A stretch of 64,000 nucleotides of DNA from Mobula hypostoma. Taxonomy: Eukaryota. The stretch covers positions 14,198,001 to 14,262,000 of the forward strand of contig NC_086105.1 of assembly GCF_963921235.1 (NCBI RefSeq). Reading direction: 5' to 3'. This document shows positions 11,122 through 24,766 of this stretch, piece after piece; position 1 is the stretch's first letter, and each line of letters begins with the position of its first letter. The notes under the pieces were generated by a model, which saw nothing but the letters and a program-made list of their open reading frames with translations, searched no databases and had not been told where the DNA came from. The translations under genes were made by a program, and so were the position numbers.

Positions 11122-13522
11122 CCTATGGCCTCAGTCCGTACTAAGTCTTTAAACTCACCTTTTTTTCCTCTTTTCCGAGGTACCAGACAAGGTTGCCCTC
11201 TTAGTCCTTTATTATTTGATATTGCATTAGAACCTCTTGCAATTGCTATTCGAGAATCTCCAAATATTATTGGTATAACTCGTGGTTTAAAGTCCCACAA
11301 AGTATCAGTCTATGCTGATGATTTACTTTTATATATTTCTAATCCTCAAAAATCTATTCCTGCTGCTTTAGATTTATTAGCACAATTTAGTCTTTGTTCA
11401 GGTTATAAGTTAAATCTTGGTAAGAGTGAACTTCTTCCGATTAATAGGCAAGTCCCCTTATATCAAATCTTCCCTTTAAGTTGGTTAATAATCATTTTTC
11501 ATATCTTGGGATTAAAGTTACCTGTAAACATAAAGATTTATTTAAGACTAATTTCCTACCCTAAATCGATCACATTACTCAACTTTCATTTAAATTGTCT
11601 CCATTTTATTTAACTTTGATTGGTCGTATTAATGCTGTTAAGATGTTTATTCTTCCAAAAATCTTATATGTATTTCAGGCACTACCGATTTTTGTTCCCA
11701 AATCCTTTTTTGATAAAGTTGACTCTAAAATTTCTTCATTTATTTGGCAAAATAAAAACCCGAGATTGGGTAAAATACATCTACAGAAAGCTAAGAGAGA
11801 TGGAGGTTTTGCATTATCTTACTTTAGATTCTATTACTGGGCAATTAATATTCGACATATGAAATTTTGGCTACTTCATCAAGATACACTATCCATCCCT
11901 AAGTGGGTAGTATTGGAATTACAATCATCTCAAGGTTATGCACTTGGCTCCATTTTAGGTTCTTCTCTTCCTTTTGATTTGAAACGCTGTTAACTGGTTT
12001 GTAACCCGATAGTTAAATATACCTTACGTATTTGGTTTCAATTCCGAAAATTTTTCGATCTCAATCAATTTGGGCTTGCGATTCCTATTTTAGGTAACAT
12101 ATTCTACCCTCCCTCTTCCACTGACCGTGCCTTTCAAATTTGGAAGATTAATGGTATTTCACGGTTTTTGGATTTATTTTTAGATGGTTCCCTTATGTCT
12201 TTTGAGCAATTATCTAACAAATATAACTTACCAAGAATACATTTTTTTAGATATCTCCAAGTTAGAAATTTCCCAAGTACTATACTCTCTTCCTTTCCGA
12301 CGCTACCTCCTACATATATTTTAGACACTATAATTAACCTTAATCCATGTCAGAAAGGTGTAACGGCTATTATTTATAATACTATTATGAAACTTGGGAA
12401 AGCTCCATTTGATAAGATTAGGTCAGATTGGGAAAAGGAATTGGGTCTTACTATTCCGGTGGATGACTGGGCGTATATTTTACAACTAGTTAATACTTCC
12501 TCTATCTGTTCTAAACACTCCCTAATTCAGTTTAAAGTTGTCCATAGAGCACATACGTCTAAAGATAAATTAGCTCGTTTTTATTCTCATATTAACCCTT
12601 TGTGTGACAAATGTCATGGGGAGATAGCTTCCTTAACTCATATGTTTTAGGCCTGTCCTACTCTGGAAAATTTTTGGAAAGATATTTTTAATATTATTTC
12701 AAAAGTATTGAACATAGATATTTCTCTCCATCCTATTACTGCTATCTTTGGATTACCTAAAATTTCCAGTAATCTTTCCCCTTCAGCCCGTAGATTGATT
12801 GCATTTCTTACTTTAATGGCAAAAAGACGTATTTTACAACATTGGAAGGAGATTAATGCTCCAACTACATTCTTTTGGTTTTCCCAGATGATACTATGCT
12901 TAAATCTGTAGAAAATTAGAAGTAATCTTTATGATTCTTCAGTTAAATTTGAACAGACTTGGAGATCTTTTATTCAACATTTTCATTTAATGTAACTTTT
13001 TTTTTCTTTCTCTGGCCATATTTACATTCCCTTCTTGCTTTTTAACTGTTTTTAATGGAGGTCGGGTTTGAGGACGTGATTGTTTTAAGTTGTTTAACTC
13101 CACTTGATACCTAGTTAGCCCATTGCTTTGCTTTGCTTTTTAGTTTAGTTGCATGGTGGTTTTTTTTGGGGGGTTTTTTTTCCTTATTGACATGTTTGAA
13201 AATTAGTATACTATCATATTACCTAGTTATTTTATATCTAAACTGCACTGTTTGTACTAAAACAACAGGAATTCTGCAGATGCTGGAAATTCAAGCAACA
13301 CACATCAAAGTTGCTGGTGAAGGGTCTCGGCCTGAAACGTCGACTGCACCTCTTCCTACAGATGCTGCCTGGCCTGCTGCGTTCACCAGCAACTTTGCTG
13401 TTTGTACTAATTTTTTTTGTATTAATATCTCTTGTAAATTTATATTGCAACTGTGTATCAGTGCCTATATGGTTTACCTTTTGTGTACTAATTCAATAAA
13501 AAGGTTTAAAAAGAAAAAAGAA
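11122..13522 (+). mobile_element. L1/Tx1-clade LINE, 5'-truncated, with polyA tail and 15-bp TSD
   Basis: RQGCPLSPLLF, YADD and C-terminal CxxC..H motifs; AATAAA plus A-rich tail; TSD AGGAAACAGATACAT at 11107-11121 and 13523-13537. Confidence 0.92.
13261..13397. mobile_element. Fold-back Penelope-tail micro-insertion inside the L1 3'UTR
   Basis: TSD CTGTTTGTACTAA at 13248-13260 and 13398-13410; inverted caaagttgctggtgaa/ttcaccagcaactttg. Confidence 0.8.
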
Positions 13523-13635
13523 AGGAAACAGATACATGACTCCTACTCCGATGTTTCTTTAAAGTATTTGTGATTATTGGAAAGGACTTTTTGCAGTATT
13601 TTATTATTTTGATCATCTATCAATAGATAATTTGC

Positions 13636-13975
13636 AAACACAAAATAATCTGCAGATGCTGGGGTCAAAGCAACACTCAGAACATGCTGGAGGAACTCAG
13701 CAGGTCGGGCAGCATCCGTGGAAAAGATCGGTCGACGTTTCGGGCCAGAACCCTTCGTCAGGACTGTAGAGAGAAGGGGCAGAGGCCCTATAAAGAAGGT
13801 GGGGGAGGGTAGGAAGGAGAAGGCTGGTAGGTTCAGTTGAAAAACCAGTAATTTGAAAGACAAAGGGGTGGGGGAGGGGAAGCAGGGAGGTGATAGGCAG
13901 GAAAGGTGAAGAAGGAATAGGGGAAAGCAATGGGTAATAGAAGGAGGCAGAACCATGAGGGAGGTGATAGGAGAA
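13636..13975 (-). mobile_element. Penelope 3' tail
   Basis: Reverse complement of the 3845-4271 tail family; contains the intact hammerhead at 13731-13764. Confidence 0.8.
13731..13764 (-). ncRNA. Minimal type I hammerhead ribozyme (PLE-associated), intact core
   Basis: Minus strand reads GUC-CUGACGA-A-GGG(uucugg)CCC-GAAA-CGUC-GAC. Confidence 0.7.
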
Positions 13976-15084
13976 GAGAGCATAACCTGGGTGGTGGAGG
14001 TCCCTGATTATGATGGTTTCTTCCCTAAGAAAGGATGTTCTTATACTACAAATCTGAAACAAAAATATAAACTTGGAAATACTTGGAAGGAGAGAAGGGC
14101 TCTGTGAAGCTAAAAATAGTGTCAGTGTTCAGGGCAATACCCTCACATCAGAACTGAAGTAGTTACAGTATTTGCCTTATGGGTGGTGCAACAAATGTTT
14201 ACAAATTGATTTATGGGATAAGAGGTCCATACCTTGAAAACAGATTAATTAGCAGGGACATACAGTATATTCCAAGTTATTGGAAAGACTTCAAATTAAT
14301 TTAATTGAAACTGATAAAATTCTTTAAAATGGTAGAGCTGATGCAAAGAGGAAGTGTTTCCCTGCAGGAGAATGTAGCGCTATGGTGTCGTGGCCAGGCA
14401 TTACAACTGAGATGAGGAGTCATTTGTTCATACAAGAGACTTGACACTTTCTACTTCTGAGGCTGGCGATTTTCACTCAATAAGAAAGTGATCAATAGAG
14501 ATTTGAACTGTCAGGGTATCAGAAGATAGAAAAGTAAGTCAAGAGAAAGGAATTGATGTCAATGGTTGGTTATGATCTTATTGATCAGCAAAGCAGGCTC
14601 AGAGGTTATATTACCCACTGCTCCTTTTCCTTTTTGTGTTTTTTACCGTCAGTGACGGATCTGACCTAATGCAGGTCAGACATACAGACAAGCTCGGCTT
14701 GGTGGGAGACTTCCAATCTTGCCGCTTTGTCTGGCCCATATTGTAACTTAGAATATATATGTGGATGTCAGGGGTAATTTGAATCAGAATTGGGCTTGGC
14801 TGTGGTACTTTCCAAGTGTATGTATATTGACCTCAGATCATTTAAGTAAGTGATATACCTTAAAATTCTGACACCCTAGTAGTACCAGGTTCGCAGATTT
14901 TCCAATCTGTTGGAGGTTACTTTGTTACCCCAACATGCCTTTATTTCTCACAGTAAGATAATACATTTCAGTAAATCCAGCAAGTTCAAAGGAGTTGGAT
15001 CCTGAGCTGTAGAGAAGTTTTAACCTTGTCAAGCAAACTAAAATATACAAGACATCTAGTCCCCAGCTCCATTTGCAAACCACA

Positions 15085-15356
15085 TAGTAGCATAGCGGCT
15101 AGCTTAACACTCTACAATGCCAATGATCGGGGTTCAATTGCCGCTGCTGCTGTGAGTAGTTTGTATTTCTTCCCTGTGGCCGTGTGAATTTCCTCCGGGT
15201 GTTTTAGATTCCTCCCATGTTCTAAAGATGTGGGCGTGCTGCCTTGGCAGAGGAAACATGCGACGCTTGTGGGCTGCCCCCAGCACATTCAGACTGTGTT
15301 GGCTGTTGACGCAAACGATGTATGTTTCGAAGTGCATATGACAAATAAAGCTAAGG
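15085..15356 (+). mobile_element. tRNA-derived SINE (V-SINE-like)
   Basis: A-box-like gtagcatagcgg, B-box-like gggttcaattgcc, central tttcctccgggtg and tail gacaaataaag. Confidence 0.7.
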
Positions 15357-15600
15357 ATTTCCAAATGATCAGATTCTGGATTGTTGGAGTTTTAAAACAG
15401 CAAAGCGTTGAAGGAGGGAAAAGTAACTAAATTCGGGTTGGAAATGTTTCAGTATTTAAGACTTTTTGTAAATAATGCAATTGTTTATAATTGAGAGTTT
15501 TTGAAAAGTAACATGTAGTTTAACCAAAATTTAATTAAGATTAAATAATCTGTCATAAGATACTTACTCGGGGATTTTGATCTTTTGTATCCATTTTCAG

Positions 15601-18350
15601 ACTTGTCCAGGAATTTCCAAGATCCAAGTGGTAATCGCTGCCAACTCGAATGAACACACTGCAATCATGGTTTTGCGGTGGAGAAGAGAAGCAACCTTCA
15701 GATACAATTGATCATTTGTGAAGATGTGTATATAGCTCATTCAAACCCAAGATATTGTGTAAATGATAGTTTTAGCTAAGCTTAGCGTTGGCTTAGAACA
15801 AAATGGCACAAGATTTTTTGGAAAGTAATTGAATGCGTCTATTAGAGTCGCAGTAGCTCTTACAAGTTAGGATTCATCTTTTGAATAAGAGATTCTAACT
15901 CAGCAAATGCTTATACGTACAGAATATGGACTTTTCCTAATTTAAAGCCATCCCTATTGGCTCTGTCAATGTTTGTGTTTAGTATAATTGTATTGATATA
16001 AAATAAGTGTTTTCAAATAATATTTCCAAAGGGAACTCCAAAGAAATACCTGATTTTGACTTTTAATGATTTTTGCATATTAATGTAAAATATTATTTTT
16101 CCAATCAGATTTCATTGTATTAAAAATCTTGTGCCTATTCATAAAATCAAGTTATGTTTAGAAAATTATTATAATATCTCATTTAATATTTAAAGGAATC
16201 ATGAGTTAATATATTGATTAACTAGATAAGCTGAGTTCAATTGATTACTCAACCAATTTTAGTGCAATCTCTCCAATTTTCCCACCTCTTCAATTGAAAG
16301 ATGTGAAATGCAAATAATAGATCTTCATTCAATGATATTCCTTCTATTTGTAATTATTATCAGCTCCACTGAAATAATTCAACATCCCAATTTGAACCCA
16401 TTCACTTTCTTCTTGCTCCCTTAAGCTTCATCTTAGTATTTTGTGATCTTCGTTTGGCTTATTTTTGTTGCTGCACATTTATGACAAATTGAGGGAGTCA
16501 ATACATGGCTCATTCGTGAAATATTTATTATTACTAGATTTGTTATGGAAAGTTGACATACTTGACAGTATCAGTGCAAGGAAAGAATGCAGAAAGTAAG
16601 TATATACTGGTTCTAAAGTGAAAGAATATTGAATGCAAATAACGAAGGCATTTAGGAATACAAAGTGACCACATATTCTTTATTTATTAGGTTGCTCACA
16701 ATTTAATGGATTCACTGTTCACTAAATTGGAAGGAACACAAAATCAGCTGAACTAGCATTCCTCAGATGCATTCTTTCATTATTTTCCTTCCCTGGGCTG
16801 CTAATTGAGAAGCAATTAGATGCCTATGCTGAAAAAATTGCATTTCTATTAACTTTAATGAGTTGAGCTCTAAAATGTGCCGGTGACATCTGCACTGGGA
16901 GTTTCCACTCATCGTTCTTTTGGTTGATTAGCTTCTGGCTTGGTCTTCAATTTTTGAAATTTACTGACAAAAACTTTTTATAAGAACATTTCTATTAGGA
17001 ACAATGCCTCTGTTTCAGGAAGAAAATTAGATATATGGAGTGGTAAAAATCAAAGATAAAGCCTGCAGGACAGACATATATGATTTTTTTTGCTGACAGT
17101 TTTATTTCTAATTTCCTATGGTTATTTATATAAAATTATATCTTTGCATTATGTTTCAAAAACAAAATTTGCTCTCTTCCCTCTTGCCCGAACTCAATTA
17201 TACAAACCACACCAACCTTCTGATAGCTGGATCACCTTAAGCCCTGATGTTACACCGATATTTACTGTAGCATTCCAACTTTAGGGAGGAGAAACTATTA
17301 ACTTTGTTCAGTCTCAAATCTGCTGTAAAATGTAACAATGGTATGGTTCTACAATGAGACAGAAAAGTTTCATATATATTTGCAGATAGCAAATAGAAAT
17401 ATATCTGTGTGAATCTAGAAAAATATGTATAATTCTATTGGTGTGATTTTGTATTTCATTTTGATTGTACAGAATTGTTTGATTTGCTGTTATGAGGATG
17501 AGCAACTTTGCTCCAATTCTTATCATTTGCTTTTCCCTCTCAAATTTGGGCTTAACCAGAAATGAAGATTTCATACCCAATGTACTGGTCTGTCAATGTG
17601 TATTTAGATAATCAGAGTCTAATGCTGTTTTACGTGATCCATAAAGTGTTTGATGCAAAGATGTCATCTGTATCTCAACTAAAAATTCCAATTTTGTAGT
17701 GTTTTTAGTATTTCATTTTCAGTTTATGATAAAACTTTAGATTGTTTACAGAGAATGTATTTAATTTCTAAAAACAGATAGAAATCTTGATCACTCCAGT
17801 GGTTTGCTTGTGTCTGTTTTCCTTATTGATTCCTATTTTGTCAAAAAACCTTTCCCCCCCAGCTATTGTTGCACTGCACAAAATAATACATGATTTTTAC
17901 ATATATCAGGAGCACTTATAAATACTAATACCAATAGAATTAATCAGAAGTTATGTTTAGCATCTTAAAATGGTGATACAGCAAGTAAGATTGATGTTTC
18001 GGGAAGTCCACTTTATGGTTGTGTGTTGCGATAGAATTGCCAGAGACAAGCTTAACAATATCTCTGGGCCAATTTCTGCAGAACTTTACATTGCATTCTG
18101 TCACAATGGAACTTAGAATAATTTCTGAAGCAATTCTCACCAATGTGCAGATAGTGTTGTTAAAAATATTTGAAAATGTGGTCATTCGTACTCAAATTAC
18201 AAAATATTGTACTTTAATATCACTTAAATAGTTAAGGTTCTAAGCTACCACCTAACCAACAACCACAGCAGTGTGCAACTTTTTGAAGCTAGCAAGTGTC
18301 AATATATGGAGGAGCTCTTTAAGAATTCAAGTTTCTCATAGAAAATAAAA
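15601..18350 (+). other. LIN7A: Probable non-coding terminal (3'UTR) exon of LIN7A; 3' end uncertain
   Basis: Acceptor tcttttgtatccattttcag ends at 15600, followed by about 2.8 kb of repeat-free AT-rich sequence. Contains a Pumilio motif TGTATATA (15727-15734), a miR-30 8mer TGTTTACA (17743-17750), a miR-130 site TTGCACT (17869-17875) and AATAAA at 18344-18349. Confidence 0.5.
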
Positions 18351-19279
18351 AATAACTTGCTAATGATCAAAATCACTGATAACTTCAAGTGACACATGAA
18401 CTCCAGCATAAATGAAGGAAGGTTCATTGTGTAGAACAGGAGTGAAAAAGACACGTACTTAGAAATGTGAAATAAAGCAAAACAAAAAGTAGAAATACTT
18501 AAAAGCTGGACAGCATCTGTGGAAAGGAAAATTAAGTTAATGCAAGTAAATGACATTTCATCAGTTCTTAATTCAATGTTCAGAACTTGTATTCCAATGT
18601 AAGATTACTAGTCTAAACACTCAACACTTCCTTTTTCCACAGGCACCGCTTGACTTGCTGAGTATCTCCAGATTGTTTTTTTTTTAAATTTGCAGAAAAT
18701 ATGTAAACTGACTGTTCAGGGAGGCATTGCTAAATATTGGTGTGGTTGATTGGGAATGATTTTTATTTTGATCCTAGCTAAATAGCCTGCCACTATTTTT
18801 GGTAGACTTGATGTCTTCAGTGGATAGAGTACTGGGTGTTAAGACATAGGTAACTTCTGATCAGAATTTTAACAGTATAGGTTGACAAATTTTATCCACA
18901 AAGATCAAATATTCCTATAAAATTGGATTTGGACATTCCCTGCTTAGAGATGATGCTAGTGAAATTACATAATCATGTATTTCATGCCATGAACAATGAT
19001 CTGAATGTGTAGAGATTAGGGAGTACAGATTGACTGATAGTATATGACATGGTTTGAAGTATGCTCCTGGAAGTTTGCCCACTTGACGTTTCATCAGCAG
19101 GCATTGCCTGCATTACCTTTTAAACACAGAACTCCCTTTGCCCTCTTGTACAGCCACACTGCACCAGAGTTAAGAGGAAGGGAATGAAGAAATCGTCCTG
19201 TTGTCATGAAGAATCAAATGCCAGTATCTAAAACAAGTATTTGACCAATGAAAAGATTTCCTTCACACCAAATATTTCT

Positions 19280-19780
19280 AAAGTAAAGTAATTTTTATCA
19301 AAGTGCATATGCAGCACCATATACAACTCAGATTCATTTTCCTGTGGGCATTCTCAGCAAATCTATAGAATAGTAACTATAACAGGATTAATGAAAGATC
19401 AACCAGAGTTCGGAAGACAACAAACTACGCAGATGCAAATATAACTAAATAGCAATAAATATTGAGAACGTGAGATAAGAGAACCTAAAGTGAGATCATT
19501 TGTTGTAGAAACATCTCAATGGATGAGCAAATGAGTGTAGTTATCCCCTTTTGTTCAAAAGCCTGATGATTGTGGGGTAGTAACTGTTCTTGAACCTGGT
19601 GCTGTGAGTCCTGAGGCTTTTGTACCTTCTACCCGATAGCAGCAGTGAGAAAAGAGCATGGCCTGGGTGGTAGTGATCTCTGATGATGGATGCTGCTTCT
19701 CCACAACAGTGTTTCATGTAGATGTGCTCAATGGTAGGGAGAGCTTTATCCGTGATGTACTGGGCCAAATCCACTACCTT
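19280..19780 (-). mobile_element. Rex1/Babar LINE 3' end
   Basis: AASIIRDHYHPGHALFSLL.SGRRYKSLRTH..RFKNSYYP motif and long 3'UTR. Confidence 0.85.
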
Positions 19781-20639
19781 TGTTAGATATTCTCATTGCT
19801 TCTGTTATAATCAGTCAAGTGACAGAGAAAAGGTTATGACCCTTTTACATCTTGTTCGTCATTGAGTTGAGAATTTGTTTTGAGACACTTAAGCATTTGA
19901 AGACATTTTAAACTCCAGTAAGATTTGGGGTGTATGATTCTACTTGAAGGTGTTGGGATCCTGCTTACAGTCTTGACTGCATTGCTCTGTTCTTGTTCAA
20001 GTTCAGGTACAACAGTGGGTATTGGAAAGGTCATTCTGAATGGCCATACTCCCACCTTCATGCAGCATATGAACCGTTGCTTCTTGTCATGAGGAAGCAG
20101 AACTCATTTCTGACCAAACTGAACCAAAGCATACAGCAGCCATTTCTCTGCATCTTGCAACTGCTTCCATTGATTTGTCCAGCGGGTGACTTGAAACATC
20201 AGACTTTAGTAATTACTTTCATAGTCTTGGTATTCCAAAGCACTCTATAGCCACTTGTGTGAGGACTGTATGACAGAAAGTCACATTTGTAATGTGGAGG
20301 AATTGAACTTGGTTCTAGGATTTAAGAGAGGCTGAAAATATTTCCTTACTATTATCACCCTCCCACAAAACCATTCTGATCCTAATAAAGCTCTCTACTC
20401 TGATCATATATGCAGAACAAAAAGAAAAGTTGGCAAATTAGGCAATTTCATGTCATATGTTGTAGCTTTAAGCCAGTGGAGTAGTGGAAAATGGGGTTAA
20501 GCTGCAGTGTCATCAAAAATAAAGTTTTGATTAGCATGTATCCTGGAACTCAACGAATTAATCTGAAGAGACATTACATTTCCTGGAATGTAACAAAGAT
20601 TCTAAACTCTCCACAATGACAGTGAGCATGTGACAGATG

Positions 20640-22600
20640 CTTGGTTATTAACACAAATGAGAACTAGGATAATTACAGAAAATTCAGAGTGAAAGTTAAA
20701 AGGAAATGAGAGCATGATTAGAGACTGGCATCAAATATAGAAGAGGATCTAAAGATATCCCACAGTCTTTGAATAGGAATGGTTAATGAGCAGAGAGGTC
20801 AGACTGATTTGAGAGCAAAAAAAAAATGTACCCATAGAGCCAGAGAATGACTGAAGAACCAAATAAGCACCATGCTCAGACTCCATCAAAGAGGAAGATG
20901 CTGCTCAAGGCTTATCAAAGAGAGCTTGAATGGGCCAAAAATTGATAAGGAGGAAGTAGATATACTTAAAATGAATAAACACAAGAAATTCTGTAGATGC
21001 TGGAAATGCAAAGCAACATACCTAAAATGCTGGAGGAACTCAGCAGGTCAGGCAGCACCCATGGAAATGATGTTTGAATGGGGGAAGTCCTAAAGACATG
21101 TCTCAGCCCAAAACATGGACTACTTATTCATTTCCAAAGATGCTGCCTGACCAGCATTTTGTGTGTGTTGGTTAAAATGAATAAGTTATCTTTTCCACAT
21201 AGGATGTATTCTAAATTACAATGAGGGAATATAGGTAAGTAAATTAGCACCATAATTAGCCTTGATTCTCAAAACATTTACGGACTTAGGAGGGAGGAAA
21301 AAATGCAAGTTACACACTTATTCAAAGAGTGTATAGAATTAAACCCAGAAGTTACAGGCTAATCTTGCTGCTGGGCAATGTTTGACAAACAATAATTAGG
21401 GACTGATTTAGAAGCCATTTGGATTCACTGGTGAAAACAAGAGGAGATTTATCAAAACCGCAAACACGAGGAAATTTGCAGATGCTGGAATTTCAAGCAA
21501 CACACATAAAAGTTGATGGTGAACGCAGCAGGCCAGACAGCATCTCTAGGAAGGGGTATGGTCGACGTTTCGGGCCGAGACTCAAGACTAGTTGGATCTA
21601 ATTACTAATATCTTTTAATGAAAGTAACAAAGAAGGCTGGTGAGGGAAATTCAATTGTTGTGTATATATGGACTATTAAAAGGTAGCCAAGGTGACACAT
21701 AAAAGAGTTGTCATCCAGATTAAAGCCCATTGAATAACTGGGGCAGAAACAAAGTAGCAGTTAAAGATTCTTTTGGGATTACAGGTGTACAGATTACGGT
21801 GGTTGTTACTACGAACAGGATTTTCACAATATAAGTTGATATTTGGACTTAGGTGTAGAATCCAAGCTTTCAGATGACATAAAACTGAGAGGTGTAATAA
21901 ACTCTCAGTTCAGTAGGCTTAAAAACTGTGTATATAGCCTTATGGAGTTGGTGAAGAGATGGATAGAATTTAATGCTGAGAAACTTGAAGTGTTGGAGTG
22001 TTCTGTTCTGTTCAAATCTAAAAGGCTTTCAGGAGCCCTAGAGTATATTTGCACAGTTCATTGAAAGTGACAGAGCAGGTTAACAATATGCACAGAAGAG
22101 TATTGGGCTGCCAGGCTTTATCAAAACACATGACTAAGAAAATCACAATTAAAAAATTACAAGACACTGATAAGGCCACAATTGGAGTACTGTACTCAGT
22201 TATGCCTCCCAGACTTTAGGAAAGAGGTGGAGATTTATGGAGAAAATGTGGAAGTTAGATTGATCTCAGAGTAGGTTAAAAGGTTGGCACGACATTGAGG
22301 GCTGAAGAACCTGTAATGTACTGTAGTGTTCTACGTTCTATGTTCCAAGAGATTTTCCAATGTGATTCCTGGGAAGAGAGATGTTAGGTATGTTGCTAGA
22401 CTGGATACATTGGAATAAGGGAATTTGTGAGATCTCGTCGAGGTATTTGAAATCATGAAGGGTAGAGGCAGAGTAAATAGAGAGAAATTTTCCCCAGTGG
22501 TGAAGGGATTAGGAACCAGAGGACATAGAATAAAACTGACAAACAACGGAAAGTGAAATGAATTTTATTTTAAACAGTGAAAATGTATAGTACAGAAAAC
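20640..22600 (+). mobile_element. Highly degraded CR1 with nested Penelope-tail insertions
   Basis: Remnants of DDTKL, IRPQLEYC and TRGH motifs; nested tails at 20979-21171 and about 21460-21585. Confidence 0.6.
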
Positions 22601-22629
22601 AGTGGCATTCAGGAGGGAACGGGTTCAGT

Positions 22630-23310
22630 TCAAAGTTCAAAGTAAATGTTATTATCAAAGTACATTTATGTCACCATCTACAGCACTGAGATTCATATTC
22701 CTGTGGGCACACTCAACAAATCTATAGAACAGTAGTTATAACAGGATCAATGAAAGATCAACTGGAGTGCAGAAAACAACAAACTGTGCAAATGCATATA
22801 TAAATAAATAACAATAAATAACAAAAACATGAGATAAAAAGTCCTTGAAAGTGAGGTGATTGGTTGTGGGAACATTTCAATGATGGGGCAAGTAGAGTTG
22901 AGTGTTGTTATCCCCTTTTATTCAAGAGTCTCATGGTTGATGGGTAGTAACTGTTCCTGAACCTGGCCGTGTGAGTCCTAAGGCTCTTGTACCTCCTACC
23001 TGATGGCAGTAGCAAGAAAAGAGCATGACCTTGTGGTGGGAATCTCTGATGATGGATGCTGCTTTCATACAACAACATTTCATGTCGATGTGCTCAATGG
23101 TTGTGAGAGCTTTACCCATAATGTACTGAGCCGAATCCACTATTTTTTTTGTAGGATTTTCTGTTCATAGGCATTGGTATTTCCATATCAGGCTGTGATG
23201 CAGCCAGTCAATATACTTTCAACTACACATCTATGGAAGTTTGTCAAAGTTTTAGATGTCATGCCAAATCTCCACAAACTCCTAAGAAAGCAGAGATGCT
23301 GCCATTTTCA
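22630..23310 (-). mobile_element. Rex1/Babar LINE 3' end
   Basis: Homologous to 19280-19780 and 53115-53725; ttcaaagttcaaagt tail. Confidence 0.85.
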
Positions 23311-23960
23311 GGGCTGTTGTGTGAGTGTGGGGGAGTTGAGCTGACTGGACTGTCCTTGGATTGAGCTAGTGTGAATGTGATGGGCCTAAATGGCTGTGAA
23401 CACAACAGATAATGATAATGATGTGACTTTCTGTGATACTGTCTCTTTAACCTGAAATAAAACACACACTAGTTTTTTGTTAATATTGACTCATAGGTTG
23501 TGGATATCAACATCAAGACAGATGTTATTGCCTATCCTGAAATTGCTCCCAGAATTCAGTGATTTCAGAGAGTATTTGAGAGTCTGTCACATTCTGTGGG
23601 CTTAGAATTGGAAACAGGGCAGACTGTACGTCATTGGAAAAATTCCTTTACTGAAGAACTTTGGTGAAAAGATGGAATTTTATCAGTTTTTTAATTGTAG
23701 AATTATAAGTATTTGTATTTAAAATTCTCAGCCATGTCTGGCTTTGACCTTGTGTTTCCAGAATAGAAGTCCAGGCCTCTGGATATTCATTAACTTAATC
23801 CCAATCCCAACAATGTAACCACAAAATTATTGATAAATTCGTATTCCATATCCCGTGTGCTGTATCACCTGTCAACGAAAAGTAGTTCTATTGGAAGACA
23901 ATCTGTAGCAATTAGTTATATTTACTGTTTCAGTAATGCAGACTAGGAATTCGGGAAAAA

Positions 23961-24766
23961 TGGATTCTGGTTAATTGGGACACATCAGAACCAGTACGTT
24001 TTGGCCCAATTTAGGAGTGCCTCAATTTGTCAAAGTTCCATGGAAATAGATAAAAAGGTATAAAAATGGCAAACTGAGTAACAAGTTATGTATTTAAGTG
24101 ATATACAGAGCAAATTAGAACATTACCAATATTTCTACCATACTCTAAAACTGCATATTAGTTCCTAATAGTTATTGATGGAGAAATTCATCCAGTGTAG
24201 GCAATGCACAAAATCAGAACAGACACGTAGTGCAGATAATGGACTGCCTTCAGACAAAGTTATCAATGATTGCATCCTCCAAATCTTCGTGTTCATTGTA
24301 ACATTCAAGATGATTATCGATACCTTCAAATTGTTATACTGTACTCCGAACTTGTTGAAGTAGTGAAATCATTTAATTTTTACTCCTAATGGTTTCTGGC
24401 ATCTCTAAGCCTGAATGCTTGAAATCACAGTGAGCAAAACTGTTCTGAATTGTCTTATTGCTTATTCCTTGTAGCTATCAGTGACAAAATGCACTGCTTT
24501 TGAACACAAACAAACTTAACAGACACTATTTAAAAGCTGTTAGCTGCAAGTATAGTGTAGCATTTAACAGCTACAAAAGTGCACACGACTAACACTAGTT
24601 TGAAACTGTTCAGCAACGGTCTGCTGACCCAATTAAGCAGCATGGTGTCCCAAATAAATGAAGGGAATCCTGGAAATGTTCTTGATTGGTTTTTGTTCTT
24701 TAAGAGTTGTCCCAATTAAGCAGCTATCCCAATTAACTGATGGCCCAATTAATCAGACTCCACTGT
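23961..24766 (+). mobile_element. Tigger/pogo-like MITE, near complete
   Basis: Imperfect TIRs tggattctggttaattggg ... cccaattaatcagactccactg followed by TA. Confidence 0.75.

Noticed and set aside
14660-14682. Hairpin tctgacct-aatgc-aggtcaga as a miRNA or regulatory site
   Set aside because: An 8-bp stem is too short for a pre-miRNA and can occur by chance in 64 kb.
15085-15160. tRNA genes at SINE heads (also near 40780, 46060 and 51370)
   Set aside because: Only A/B boxes remain; no cloverleaf, and each continues into a SINE body.
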